IMG/VR virus record: IMGVR_UViG_3300045999_004337
Direction: 5' to 3' (one strand)
Length of the DNA: 63,371 bases
From: an uncultured virus (IMG/VR IMGVR_UViG_3300045999_004337)
Lineage: Duplodnaviria > Heunggongvirae > Uroviricota > Caudoviricetes
In this document: positions 39,556-46,709 of the stretch, piece after piece
Layout: every line of letters begins with the position of its first letter
Numbering within the stretch: position 1 is the first letter of the stretch
Notes under the pieces: generated by a model
The model's input: only the letters and a program-made list of their open reading frames with translations
Databases searched by the model: none
What the model was told of the DNA's origin: nothing
Translations under genes and position numbers: made by a program

Positions 39556-41547
39556 ATGAAACCAGGCGAAAGAGAAGCCATAAAGTATCAGGCTGAGTCG
39601 CTGGGCAAGATGCTCAGGTTCAACCTTGGAAGCGCGATCCTCACGGGAGGCATCGGTGCTGCCGGTGCGTTAGGTCGCCTTCCTGGCGCAAGGACGATCA
39701 GGGAAAGCCTGGAGATTCGGAAGCGAGAACGCTACTTTCAGTCCGGACGAGACGAGCAGGGCAGGAAACTCACCAAGAGGGAACTACAGGACAGGGAAGC
39801 GCAGAGATCTGACATGGGCGCGTTGGGATACCTCCGAGAGGTGTTCGAGGATTCGTGGGGATTCAAGGGCAAGGGCGCGGAAAAAGGGGCAGTTCCCGTC
39901 AGGTTTTCCGATGCCGGTATCGACCAACTGAAGGAAGCATTCAGCGAACTCTCCCAGGTTCTGGGGGGAGTCGATGAAAAGGCAGATGCGGCACTTGCGG
40001 GGATCGGCACGATCCGGACTGCTCTGGGCGTATACGGAGGAGAGTCTTCTTCCGATCCGTCTTCCATCACAGCCCCGACACCACCTCCGGTCGCAGACAC
40101 GGCAGCGAAGGAAGCGGCGGTTGAGAAGGACCGCGAGGACGACAAGGACGCGGCAACGAAGGAAGCGGCGGTTGAGAAGGAGCGCGAGGACGACAAGGAC
40201 GCAGCAGAAGCCGCAGAGAAGCAGGAAGGTCTGTTCGGCAAGTTGATAAAGGCAGTCAAGGACAGCAAGGAAGAAGGAGGAGGGCTGTTTGGACTGATAG
40301 CAACGGCTATCGGCGGGTTTGCATCGATGGTGGCAGGAAAGTTCGGATTGCTGCTGGGCAAGATAGCACCGATACTGACCATACTCGGCAAGATCGCGGG
40401 ATTCTTCGGATTGAAGGGAATCTCTGGCGCTCTGTCTGGTGCTGCTAAAGGAACCGCGACTAGTGCTGCTAAAGGCACGGCTGCGGGTGCTGCGGGCGCG
40501 GCTGAAGCGGCAAAGAAGCCAGGCATCATGTCGCGCATGGCATCGGGAATAGGACGGGGTGTCAAGGGAATCGGTTCGATGCTTGCCAAGACGGGAATAG
40601 GTCAGACAGCCATACAGGCTGGTTCTGGTCTGGTCCAGGCTGGCAAGTTCGCAGGAAAAGAGATGCGCTACCTGGGAAACGACATAGCGGGAGCCGCAAA
40701 GAGCGCAGCAAAGCCAGCGGCAGGATGGCTGTCCAGCGCATGGAATGCCACAAAAGGCTTTGGATCCCGTGCCGTGGATGCGGTGGCAAGGTTGAACCCG
40801 CTCAAGTACATCAAGAACCTGGCATCGACTCAAGGACCGAAGTTGCTGAAAGGATTGACATCGGTTCCTGCAATCGGTGCTGCAATCGAAGCGATAATAG
40901 GTGCGCTCGACATAGCGAGCGTCAAGGGGGACGAGACCATGTCTCCCGACGAGAAGAAGACTAGGATAGGGCAAATCGTCGGAAAGACGATAGGAAGCGC
41001 ACTGGGCACGGTCGGAGGATCGGTGCTTGGAGGCGCAGTGGGATCGTTGCTGGGTCCAGGACCAGGAACCGCAATCGGGTCCATAGCGGGAGCCATGGGT
41101 GGAAGTTGGCTTGGAGGAACTCTTGGCGAAGCCCTAGCCGATGCGCTTGGACCAAGGGAGATCTACGACATACTGGAGTCCATTCCTGGAATCGGAAGTC
41201 TGCTGCGGGTCGATGATGAGAAAGAGACTGCTCCTATGACGGAGGCATCCAATCCAGTCACAGGATCGGCTGCTTCATCCGTTGGACAAGACTCATCGCA
41301 GTCGATTCCAAGCCGAGTGGACGCTCAAGTGGTGGATGCAAGACCGACGATGGGATCCAATGCATCTTCCATGATGCAGGAGAACTCCATGCTGAGGACG
41401 ACCCCTCAGCCTCAGCCCAAGCCAGCCACGACGAACATTGCAGACAACAGGGTGTCCAACAACGCTACGATGCTTTCGGCTCCGTCAGCCCGCATCGGAG
41501 GAGCAAACCAGACTGCCACCTTCAACGGACTGATGGCACTCGCATGA
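39556..41547 (+). CDS. Tape measure-like protein (gp29 position)
   Basis: Gly/Ala-rich helical protein with glycine-zipper segment, directly after gp26/gp51. Confidence 0.75.
   Translation: MKPGEREAIKYQAESLGKMLRFNLGSAILTGGIGAAGALGRLPGARTIRESLEIRKRERYFQSGRDEQGRKLTKRELQDREAQRSDMGALGYLREVFEDSWGFKGKGAEKGAVPVRFSDAGIDQLKEAFSELSQVLGGVDEKADAALAGIGTIRTALGVYGGESSSDPSSITAPTPPPVADTAAKEAAVEKDREDDKDAATKEAAVEKEREDDKDAAEAAEKQEGLFGKLIKAVKDSKEEGGGLFGLIATAIGGFASMVAGKFGLLLGKIAPILTILGKIAGFFGLKGISGALSGAAKGTATSAAKGTAAGAAGAAEAAKKPGIMSRMASGIGRGVKGIGSMLAKTGIGQTAIQAGSGLVQAGKFAGKEMRYLGNDIAGAAKSAAKPAAGWLSSAWNATKGFGSRAVDAVARLNPLKYIKNLASTQGPKLLKGLTSVPAIGAAIEAIIGALDIASVKGDETMSPDEKKTRIGQIVGKTIGSALGTVGGSVLGGAVGSLLGPGPGTAIGSIAGAMGGSWLGGTLGEALADALGPREIYDILESIPGIGSLLRVDDEKETAPMTEASNPVTGSAASSVGQDSSQSIPSRVDAQVVDARPTMGSNASSMMQENSMLRTTPQPQPKPATTNIADNRVSNNATMLSAPSARIGGANQTATFNGLMALA
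40101..40202 (+). repeat. Two in-frame 51-bp tandem repeats
   Basis: AAKEAAVEKDREDDKDA / ATKEAAVEKEREDDKDA. Confidence 0.9.
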
Positions 41548-41935
41548 TGCCTTCCTCCGTAGTGTAGTGGATCTGGTCGAAGACCTTCATGCACCACGGG
41601 AGGCACTTGGGGCATGGTCTGGACATGCGCATCTCCCCCTTGCGGTTGAACCTGAAGTTCCACAGTTCGATGTCCTCGCGGAGATCGCACCTCAGGAAGG
41701 CATCGAGTTCCGAATGGACTTCGTCGAAGAGGTAGCCGTGCTCGACTGCCATGGGATGTGTCTTGAACCTGTTCGTCCCCCATGCCACGATCCTGTTCTT
41801 GTGCAGGATCAGGCTGCAATGCTTCTTCTTGCGGGGAACATCCATGCACTTCTCGAAGGCAAACCTGAGAAGACGCTGATGTCTTTTGGGAAGTTTGTGA
41901 CTTCCCTGTGATACTGAGATACTCAATGGTTCCAT
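41522..41935 (-). CDS. Zinc-dependent deaminase (cytidine/dCMP deaminase superfamily)
   Basis: HSE and SRPCPKC zinc-binding motifs, GTN motif. Confidence 0.85.
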   Translation of the reverse strand: MEPLSISVSQGSHKLPKRHQRLLRFAFEKCMDVPRKKKHCSLILHKNRIVAWGTNRFKTHPMAVEHGYLFDEVHSELDAFLRCDLREDIELWNFRFNRKGEMRMSRPCPKCLPWCMKVFDQIHYTTEEGIMRVPSVR

Positions 41936-42103
41936 GATCTAAGTACTGGTATCTCGAGAAGGGGTCTTCTCAATCAGGACACAGTTAGATATGTCGGGCA
42001 GAAGACGCATCGGGAAATGATTCTGATCGAATCGAAAAGAAAGATTGGATCCCCATCCACCAAAATGATTCTCGTCAAAGTAAGGTTCATTTGACCGAAC
42101 GGC

Positions 42104-42131
42104 TTGACAACCTTTGGGAACACCGTATCTT
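42104..42131 (+). promoter_or_regulatory. Sigma70-like promoter
   Basis: TTGACA-16nt-TATCTT at start of plus-strand accessory block. Confidence 0.55.
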
Positions 42132-42220
42132 TACTTCAGTTGCGGAACGACACCGACCTAGATACGGAGCCGTCGTTGCCGCGAGGCAGATCATCGAAAT
42201 CGTGATAGAAAGGCATCATC

Positions 42221-42643
42221 ATGCTCAGGATGAATATCGACAGGAAGTTCTGCGCGAGCCTGAAGGTCTTTGAGGAAGGGCTTGGAAAGATCGTCGCGGA
42301 AGCCACCGATGGCGGATCAGAGGTCATCCACGAAGAGGGATACAAGTACGTCCGCATCGTCCTTGTCAGCAAGGAAGCGGACGGCAGCAGGAAGAAGCAG
42401 ATCTGGGGCTTCATCGACAAGCGCACGGGTGACATCTACCGCCCCGCAAGCATGAAGGCTCCAAGCCTCAACTACTCGCGTGGAAACATCCATGACGAGT
42501 CGAACGGGCTTGCCACCGCCCATTGGTCGGGACCGTCCTACATCTGGGAGATCAACGAGCGCAGGAAGGAAGAGAGCGCGGGGCGGCAGGAGGAAGCGGG
42601 AGAAGGAGAGACCGCACAGCCTACGATGGAGTTCCCCCTCTGA
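42221..42643 (+). CDS. Conserved phage hypothetical protein
   Basis: KYVRI...WGFIDKRTGDIYRPASMKAP...RGNI motif common in phage proteins. Confidence 0.85.
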   Translation: MLRMNIDRKFCASLKVFEEGLGKIVAEATDGGSEVIHEEGYKYVRIVLVSKEADGSRKKQIWGFIDKRTGDIYRPASMKAPSLNYSRGNIHDESNGLATAHWSGPSYIWEINERRKEESAGRQEEAGEGETAQPTMEFPL

Positions 42644-42927
42644 TGCCGCACTACAGGTTCCACATCGACATTCCGTTCGATCCATCGGATTCGGAGGAGG
42701 AGTGCGTCCGAAAGTCGGAGAAGGTCGTGTCCTTCCTAGAGACGATGACGATGATCGAGAACCTGGGGATAGAGAAGGTCAACTACAGGCTAGGTCACGA
42801 CGAGGACAGGCAGAAGTCCAACTACCTCGACAAGAACGAGAACGGGCATGTGAGCAACAAAAAGTTCACCATCGTCTTCAGCGACGATAACAGGCAGTCG
42901 AAAAGAATCGTTTCGGACAACCCTTGA
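42643..42927 (+). CDS. Hypothetical protein
   Basis: Likely start MPHYRFHIDIP overlapping previous stop (TGATG). Confidence 0.75.
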   Translation: MPHYRFHIDIPFDPSDSEEECVRKSEKVVSFLETMTMIENLGIEKVNYRLGHDEDRQKSNYLDKNENGHVSNKKFTIVFSDDNRQSKRIVSDNP

Positions 42928-42951
42928 CACAGCCGTGGAACTGGCTAGACT
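42924..42951 (+). promoter_or_regulatory. Sigma70-like promoter for tRNA-Ile(UAU)
   Basis: TTGACA-16nt-TAGACT, 16 nt upstream of the tRNA. Confidence 0.6.
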
Positions 42952-42967
42952 GATGCAGACAGTCAAT

Positions 42968-43042
42968 GTGCCGTGGGAGGTCTTGGCATCCTCAGCCTGA
43001 TTTATAAACAGGTAAGAACAGGTTCGATTCCTGTACGGCATA
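42968..43042 (+). tRNA. tRNA-Ile(UAU), atypical
   Basis: Acceptor GTGCCGT/ACGGCAT, anticodon arm CCTG-A-TTTATAA-A-CAGG, T-arm ACAGG-TTCGATT-CCTGT. Confidence 0.8.
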
Positions 43043-43051
43043 CATCAACAA

Positions 43052-43104
43052 CCGACCGTGCGCCATGTGGATCCACGCACGGTTCGGAGACTACAAGGAT
43101 CCAC
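43052..43104 (+). ncRNA. Putative H-type pseudoknot leader
   Basis: Stem CCG-ACCGTGCG/CGCACGGT-T-CGG; loop GTGGATCC pairs perfectly with downstream GGATCCAC. Confidence 0.5.
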
Positions 43105-43123
43105 TGACTATGGAGACATCGAC

Positions 43124-43492
43124 ATGATTAGGTTTGTTACTGACAGCGAAAGAAGCGGCAAGAGCGTGACTGGTCTGCTTGCCCTCCTTTTCGGCATCGG
43201 CTTCTTCTGGTTCACCTTCCTCTCACCTGAGACGGTGAACTCTGCCACGAAGGCAAACTACTGCCTCGTCGCGGCTGCTTTGTCGTTCGCGGGATACCTG
43301 TGGTTCCGCCTTCAGGAGACGAAGGCATGGCTCGAAAGCGAGGAGAAGGGTCGCAACGATGACCGCAAGGAAAACTACAGCAACGAGTCCATCCGTGGTC
43401 TGCACGACCGCATCGACCGCCTTGAGGAGCGTTCCAAGTGCAAGAACGGCGGCGGGTGCATGGCAGACAACGAAGACACATTCGGATTGTGA
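43124..43492 (+). CDS. Two-TM membrane protein
   Basis: Two hydrophobic segments followed by a charged tail; GGAG SD. Confidence 0.75.
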   Translation: MIRFVTDSERSGKSVTGLLALLFGIGFFWFTFLSPETVNSATKANYCLVAAALSFAGYLWFRLQETKAWLESEEKGRNDDRKENYSNESIRGLHDRIDRLEERSKCKNGGGCMADNEDTFGL

Positions 43493-43584
43493 GTCAAGTC
43501 CTGACTAAATAGGTTCCGTCCACCTACCTGGGGAAACGACAAGGACGGCAGAGGGGAGCGCATTCTGCGATAACGCTCTTTCGT

Positions 43585-43656
43585 GCGGATGTAACTCAGA
43601 GGTAGAGTCTCGGTTTTCCAAACCGATGGTCGTGGGTTCAAATCCCATCGTCCGCT
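43585..43656 (+). tRNA. tRNA-Gly(UCC)
   Basis: Cloverleaf; TCGGT-TTTCCAA-ACCGA. Confidence 0.95.
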
Positions 43657-43658
43657 TT

Positions 43659-43727
43659 GCGAGTGAGTGAGACGGCAACACACTAGGCTCATAATCTAGG
43701 GAAATGGGTTCGACTCCCATACTCGCT
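43659..43727 (+). tRNA. tRNA-Met/Ile2(CAU), atypical D-arm
   Basis: CTAGG-CTCATAA-TCTAG; T-arm ATGGG-TTCGACT-CCCAT. Confidence 0.85.
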
Positions 43728-43730
43728 ATT

Positions 43731-43804
43731 GTGACTGTAGAACAAATGGATAGTTCAGGAGATTGTGATTCTCCCCGTTGCGGGTTCAAGTCCCGCCAGT
43801 CACC
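43731..43804 (+). tRNA. tRNA-His(GUG)
   Basis: GGAGA-TTGTGAT-TCTCC; C73; no genomic G-1. Confidence 0.93.
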
Positions 43805-43816
43805 CTCTGTGATAAC

Positions 43817-43887
43817 TGCCCGATTGTGTAATGGTAGCACCCGAGACTCTGATTCTCGTTGTCCTGGTTCGAGTCCAGGTTGGGCAA
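43817..43887 (+). tRNA. tRNA-Gln(CUG)
   Basis: CGAGA-CTCTGAT-TCTCG. Confidence 0.95.
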
Positions 43888-43894
43888 CTTTTCC

Positions 43895-43966
43895 GTGGGG
43901 ATAACTCAGTAGGTAGAGTAGCGGACTGAAAATCCGTCAGCGAAGGTTCGATTCCTTCTCCTCACA
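43895..43966 (+). tRNA. tRNA-Phe(GAA)
   Basis: GCGGA-CTGAAAA-TCCGT. Confidence 0.95.
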
Positions 43967-43967
43967 T

Positions 43968-44038
43968 TGGTCTGTAGCACAACGGTAGTGCGCCGTCCTG
44001 TTAGGACGGGGTTACAGGTTCAAATCCTGTCGGACCAG
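43968..44038 (+). tRNA. tRNA-Asn(GUU)
   Basis: CCGTC-CTGTTAG-GACGG; G73. Confidence 0.93.
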
Positions 44039-44039
44039 T

Positions 44040-44112
44040 TGGACTGTGGCTCAGTAGGCAGAGCATTCCCTTGATAAGGGAGAGGTCGTTGGTTCGATTC
44101 CAACCAGTCCTA
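44040..44112 (+). tRNA. tRNA-Ile(GAU)
   Basis: TTCCC-TTGATAA-GGGAG. Confidence 0.93.
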
Positions 44113-44118
44113 TTCGAC

Positions 44119-44201
44119 TGATCGTTTCCCGAGCAGCAAAGGGGAGAGTCTGTAAAACTCTTGGTCTTCGACCTTCGTAGGTGCAAGTCCTACACGATCA
44201 A
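44119..44201 (+). tRNA. tRNA-Tyr(GUA)
   Basis: AGAGT-CTGTAAA-ACTCT; long variable arm GGTC-TTC-GACC. Confidence 0.92.
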
Positions 44202-44210
44202 CTTCAGAGA

Positions 44211-44284
44211 CGGGACATGGCTCAGTTTGGTAGAGCGTTCGCTTTGGGAGCGAGATGTCGCAGGTTCAAATCCTGCTGTCCCGA
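44211..44284 (+). tRNA. tRNA-Pro(UGG)
   Basis: TTCGC-TTTGGGA-GCGAG. Confidence 0.95.
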
Positions 44285-44294
44285 TTGTGTGTCT

Positions 44295-44366
44295 GCCCTC
44301 ATAGTATAGCGGCTATTACCGTTGATTTGTAATCATCAGACCTCAGTTCGATTCTGAGTGGGGGCT
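44295..44366 (+). tRNA. tRNA-Thr(UGU)
   Basis: GTTGA-TTTGTAA-TCATC. Confidence 0.92.
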
Positions 44367-44377
44367 TTCAAAAACCT

Positions 44378-44507
44378 TCCTCTTGCCTGTAATGCGCAAA
44401 GGCTCAAGTAGAGGAGAAAATGGAGAACACCACTCCATTGTGGGTTTCGCGGAAAACGGATTGGGTACTTGCAAAGCCCTACCGAATGTTCCAAGGTTGT
44501 CCCACCA
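44378..44507 (+). ncRNA. Unidentified structured RNA inside the tRNA array
   Basis: Three consecutive hairpins; the last is a long interrupted stem GTGGG...CCCAC ending in CCA. Confidence 0.4.
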
Positions 44508-44511
44508 GTTC

Positions 44512-44585
44512 GGTCTAGTAGATTAGTTGGCTAAATCGTTGGACTTTCACTCCAAAGACCGTGGGTTCGACTCCCACCTAGATCA
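44512..44585 (+). tRNA. tRNA-Glu(UUC)
   Basis: TTGGA-CTTTCAC-TCCAA. Confidence 0.93.
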
Positions 44586-44592
44586 TTCTTCC

Positions 44593-44955
44593 ATGCCATG
44601 CTATGCAATCTCCATCCGTGAAGACACGCAGCACCTCCTCAAGGACGGCGGGGGATACCTCTTCTACAGGAAGAAGTCCCTTGCCGTCGAGGTCTGCGAT
44701 GAGATGAATGCCCTGCGGAAGGGAATGAAACTGGAGCAGGTCTATTCGGTCTGCAAGGTGGACGAGAAGGATTGGAAGGGATACCCCTTCACATACGACA
44801 AGGAGTTCGATGATGACGGTTCCAGAGGAGATGTTCAACGCTATACGAAACGCACGGCACTTCATGCTGGCACTGATGGATCCAAAGCAGACTCCAAAGG
44901 TTCCAAGAGAAGTCCGAAAGAGGGCAAGGGACAGACTCAGGCACTTCCCTTCTGA
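44593..44955 (+). CDS. Hypothetical protein
   Basis: Start MPCYAISI just after tRNA-Glu; 3' end overlaps the next gene. Confidence 0.65.
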   Translation: MPCYAISIREDTQHLLKDGGGYLFYRKKSLAVEVCDEMNALRKGMKLEQVYSVCKVDEKDWKGYPFTYDKEFDDDGSRGDVQRYTKRTALHAGTDGSKADSKGSKRSPKEGKGQTQALPF

Positions 44956-45157
44956 GTTCGACATCAGCGAGATGGAAAAGTTCCATGCCCTCAGGGATCA
45001 GGATCCAAACATCCTTTTCGGAGAGTGCATGAAGAGGCTTGACTCCATCCGTGGGGAGATTACCATAGCGGAGCGAAAGTTGAGCGATGTCGGCAACGAC
45101 ATCGTGACCGCGATCAGGAACACCAGAGGAGGCAACGATGCCCAACAGCAAGGCTAG
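44810..45157 (+). CDS. Hypothetical protein
   Basis: TPKVPREVRKRARDRLRHFP motif seen in phage proteins; AGGAG SD. Confidence 0.8.
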   Translation: MMTVPEEMFNAIRNARHFMLALMDPKQTPKVPREVRKRARDRLRHFPSEFDISEMEKFHALRDQDPNILFGECMKRLDSIRGEITIAERKLSDVGNDIVTAIRNTRGGNDAQQQG

Positions 45158-45404
45158 GAATGTCGCGAGGAAGCACCGCAAGTCCAGGATTCGGTGGAAG
45201 AACAAGAACAAGGCAAGCCTGGCTCTAGCCAAGGACAAGGCATCGAAGCCCAAGAAGAAGGTCTCGGTGTTCGACAGGGCAAGGGCGGCACAGCAGAATG
45301 TTCCCCTGTCGGGGGCAACCCCGTCTGCCGTATCTAACCCGACAGGGGAACGCCGCACCGCTTCGATGATGACTTTCGACGAACTCAAGGCAACTGGAGG
45401 CTGA
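45138..45404 (+). CDS. Basic hypothetical protein
   Basis: GGAGG SD; Lys/Arg-rich. Confidence 0.75.
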   Translation: MPNSKARNVARKHRKSRIRWKNKNKASLALAKDKASKPKKKVSVFDRARAAQQNVPLSGATPSAVSNPTGERRTASMMTFDELKATGG

Positions 45405-45405
45405 G

Positions 45406-45675
45406 ATGGAAAAGACACAGATGGTCGAGTCCCTTCACCGTGGAATCTGCGAGGTGGTGTTCACCAAGGCAGACGGCACGGAGCGCACCATGAAATGCAC
45501 ACGGTCGCAGAGCCATGCTCCCATTTCCGTTCCCGCATCCAACCTCCTGACTGAGGACGGGTCGGTCGGACCCGATGTCATTCCCGTGTGGGATGTCGAG
45601 GCAGGGCAATGGAGGTCGTTCAACGCGAAGTCGGTGAAGTCCTTCCGCTCCGTTGGTTCGTTGCTGAACGGATGA
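45406..45675 (+). CDS. WYL-like/SH3-fold small protein (DUF2693-like)
   Basis: VVFTKADGTERTMKCT...VWDVEAGQWRSF. Confidence 0.85.
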   Translation: MEKTQMVESLHRGICEVVFTKADGTERTMKCTRSQSHAPISVPASNLLTEDGSVGPDVIPVWDVEAGQWRSFNAKSVKSFRSVGSLLNG

Positions 45676-45682
45676 GCGAGTC

Positions 45683-45946
45683 GCCCCTCTAACTCAATGG
45701 TAGAGTAACGGACTTTCAAATGGAACTGCCGTGCAGGAATGCACGGATCGAATCTTGTCAAAGTCGGTGAACTCCCTGTCGAAAGACGAGACAACGCCGA
45801 GCCAAGCGCAGCGATGCGAAGGTGTAGAGACTTGACGGCAAGCACCCAGAACGGGTGAAGGCAAAGTCCAGACCACGAACGGAAGGCGGCGAAAGCCGAA
45901 GTGGTAGGTAATCCGTCAGTTGTGGGTTCGAGTCCCACGGGGGGTA
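45683..45946 (+). tRNA. tRNA-Lys(UUU) interrupted by a group I intron
   Basis: Exons 45683-45716 and 45909-45946 join to ACGGA-CTTT|TAA-TCCGT, giving a normal cloverleaf with A73. Confidence 0.9.
45717..45908 (+). mobile_element. Group I self-splicing intron (192 nt, IC3-like, no homing endonuclease)
   Basis: Preceded by U, ends in G; P1 with U.G; P2 CCGTGCA-GGAA-TGCACGG; P3 CTTGTC/GGCAAG; core AAAGTCGGTGAAC, AACGCCGAGCCAAG, GTAGAGACTT, AAGGCAAAGTCC; P8 CACCC/GGGTG; P9 ACCAC/GTGGT. Confidence 0.9.
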
Positions 45947-45950
45947 TTGC

Positions 45951-46032
45951 GCCAGCGTGGCGGAATGGCATACGCAGGATGCTCAAAACATCCGGATCCT
46001 AGATCGTGCAGGTTCGACTCCTGTCGCTGGTA
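45951..46032 (+). tRNA. tRNA-Leu(CAA)
   Basis: GGATG-CTCAAAA-CATCC; variable arm GATC-CTA-GATC. Confidence 0.93.
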
Positions 46033-46044
46033 TTGGAGGAACAC

Positions 46045-46416
46045 ATGCAGACACAGAACATGACCAAGACAGAACTCATCGAAAACATCGAAATCCTCGC
46101 GGAAAAGTGCGAGAAGTTGATCGCCGAACTCGCGCAGCGCACCGCCGCTCTTGATCAAATGACGGTTCACCGCAATGCGACGATAGAACATCGAGACATC
46201 ACGCAGCAGGTGCTAAACGGTATCACCGTTGCGTTATCTCAGCGCACCGCCGACCTCGCCCGCGTGACCGCCGAGCGCGACGAGGCGCGGCGGTGGGTGT
46301 GCAGAAAGACGGTCTACGCAGAAAGGAAACCCCACGATTTGGTTGATTCCACCGAAGCAAAGGTTCTCCTCGAAGCACAGATGCGCGGCTGGGACTGCTT
46401 CGCAAAGGAGGGGTGA
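46045..46416 (+). CDS. Coiled-coil protein with TAERDEARR...RGWDCF module
   Basis: GGAGG SD; C-terminal module shared with the next gene. Confidence 0.8.
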   Translation: MQTQNMTKTELIENIEILAEKCEKLIAELAQRTAALDQMTVHRNATIEHRDITQQVLNGITVALSQRTADLARVTAERDEARRWVCRKTVYAERKPHDLVDSTEAKVLLEAQMRGWDCFAKEG

Positions 46417-46709
46417 TGAGCGACTTCCCCGAGATCACCACCGAGCAGATCGTGGCTCGTCTCCGCATGATCGTCGCAGAGCCAGATTCGCTCTGCAAGA
46501 CCGACATTCACTACATAGAGGACGCTGCTGACGAACTGGAGAGCAAGGGCGACGAGATCGCCCGCCTCACCGCCGAGCGCGACGAGGCGCGGCGGGAACT
46601 CTGCCAGTTGAAGTCACGATTGGGAGCGGACTACTACGTTCCATCATTGAATCCCGAGGGTTACGCCAAAGTGCGCGGCTGGGACTGCTTCGAGGAGGAA
46701 GGCAAGTGA
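46413..46709 (+). CDS. Protein with TAERDEARR...RGWDCF module
   Basis: Paralogous C-terminus; stop/start overlap. Confidence 0.8.
   Translation: MMSDFPEITTEQIVARLRMIVAEPDSLCKTDIHYIEDAADELESKGDEIARLTAERDEARRELCQLKSRLGADYYVPSLNPEGYAKVRGWDCFEEEGK

Noticed and set aside
43003..43010. T4 late promoter-like TATAAACA
   Set aside because: It is the anticodon loop of tRNA-Ile(UAU)
44440..44507. tRNA-Cys(GCA) suggested by the TTGCAAA loop and CCA end
   Set aside because: No T-arm or D-arm; folds as an interrupted hairpin, so kept as an unknown RNA
45716..45907. Alternative intron boundaries giving tRNA-Thr(UGU) (CUU|GUAA)
   Set aside because: P1 places the U.G pair at U35, the tRNA body looks like Lys(UUU), and an intact Thr(UGU) already exists at 44295 while no other Lys is in the window; only junction sequencing would exclude it fully
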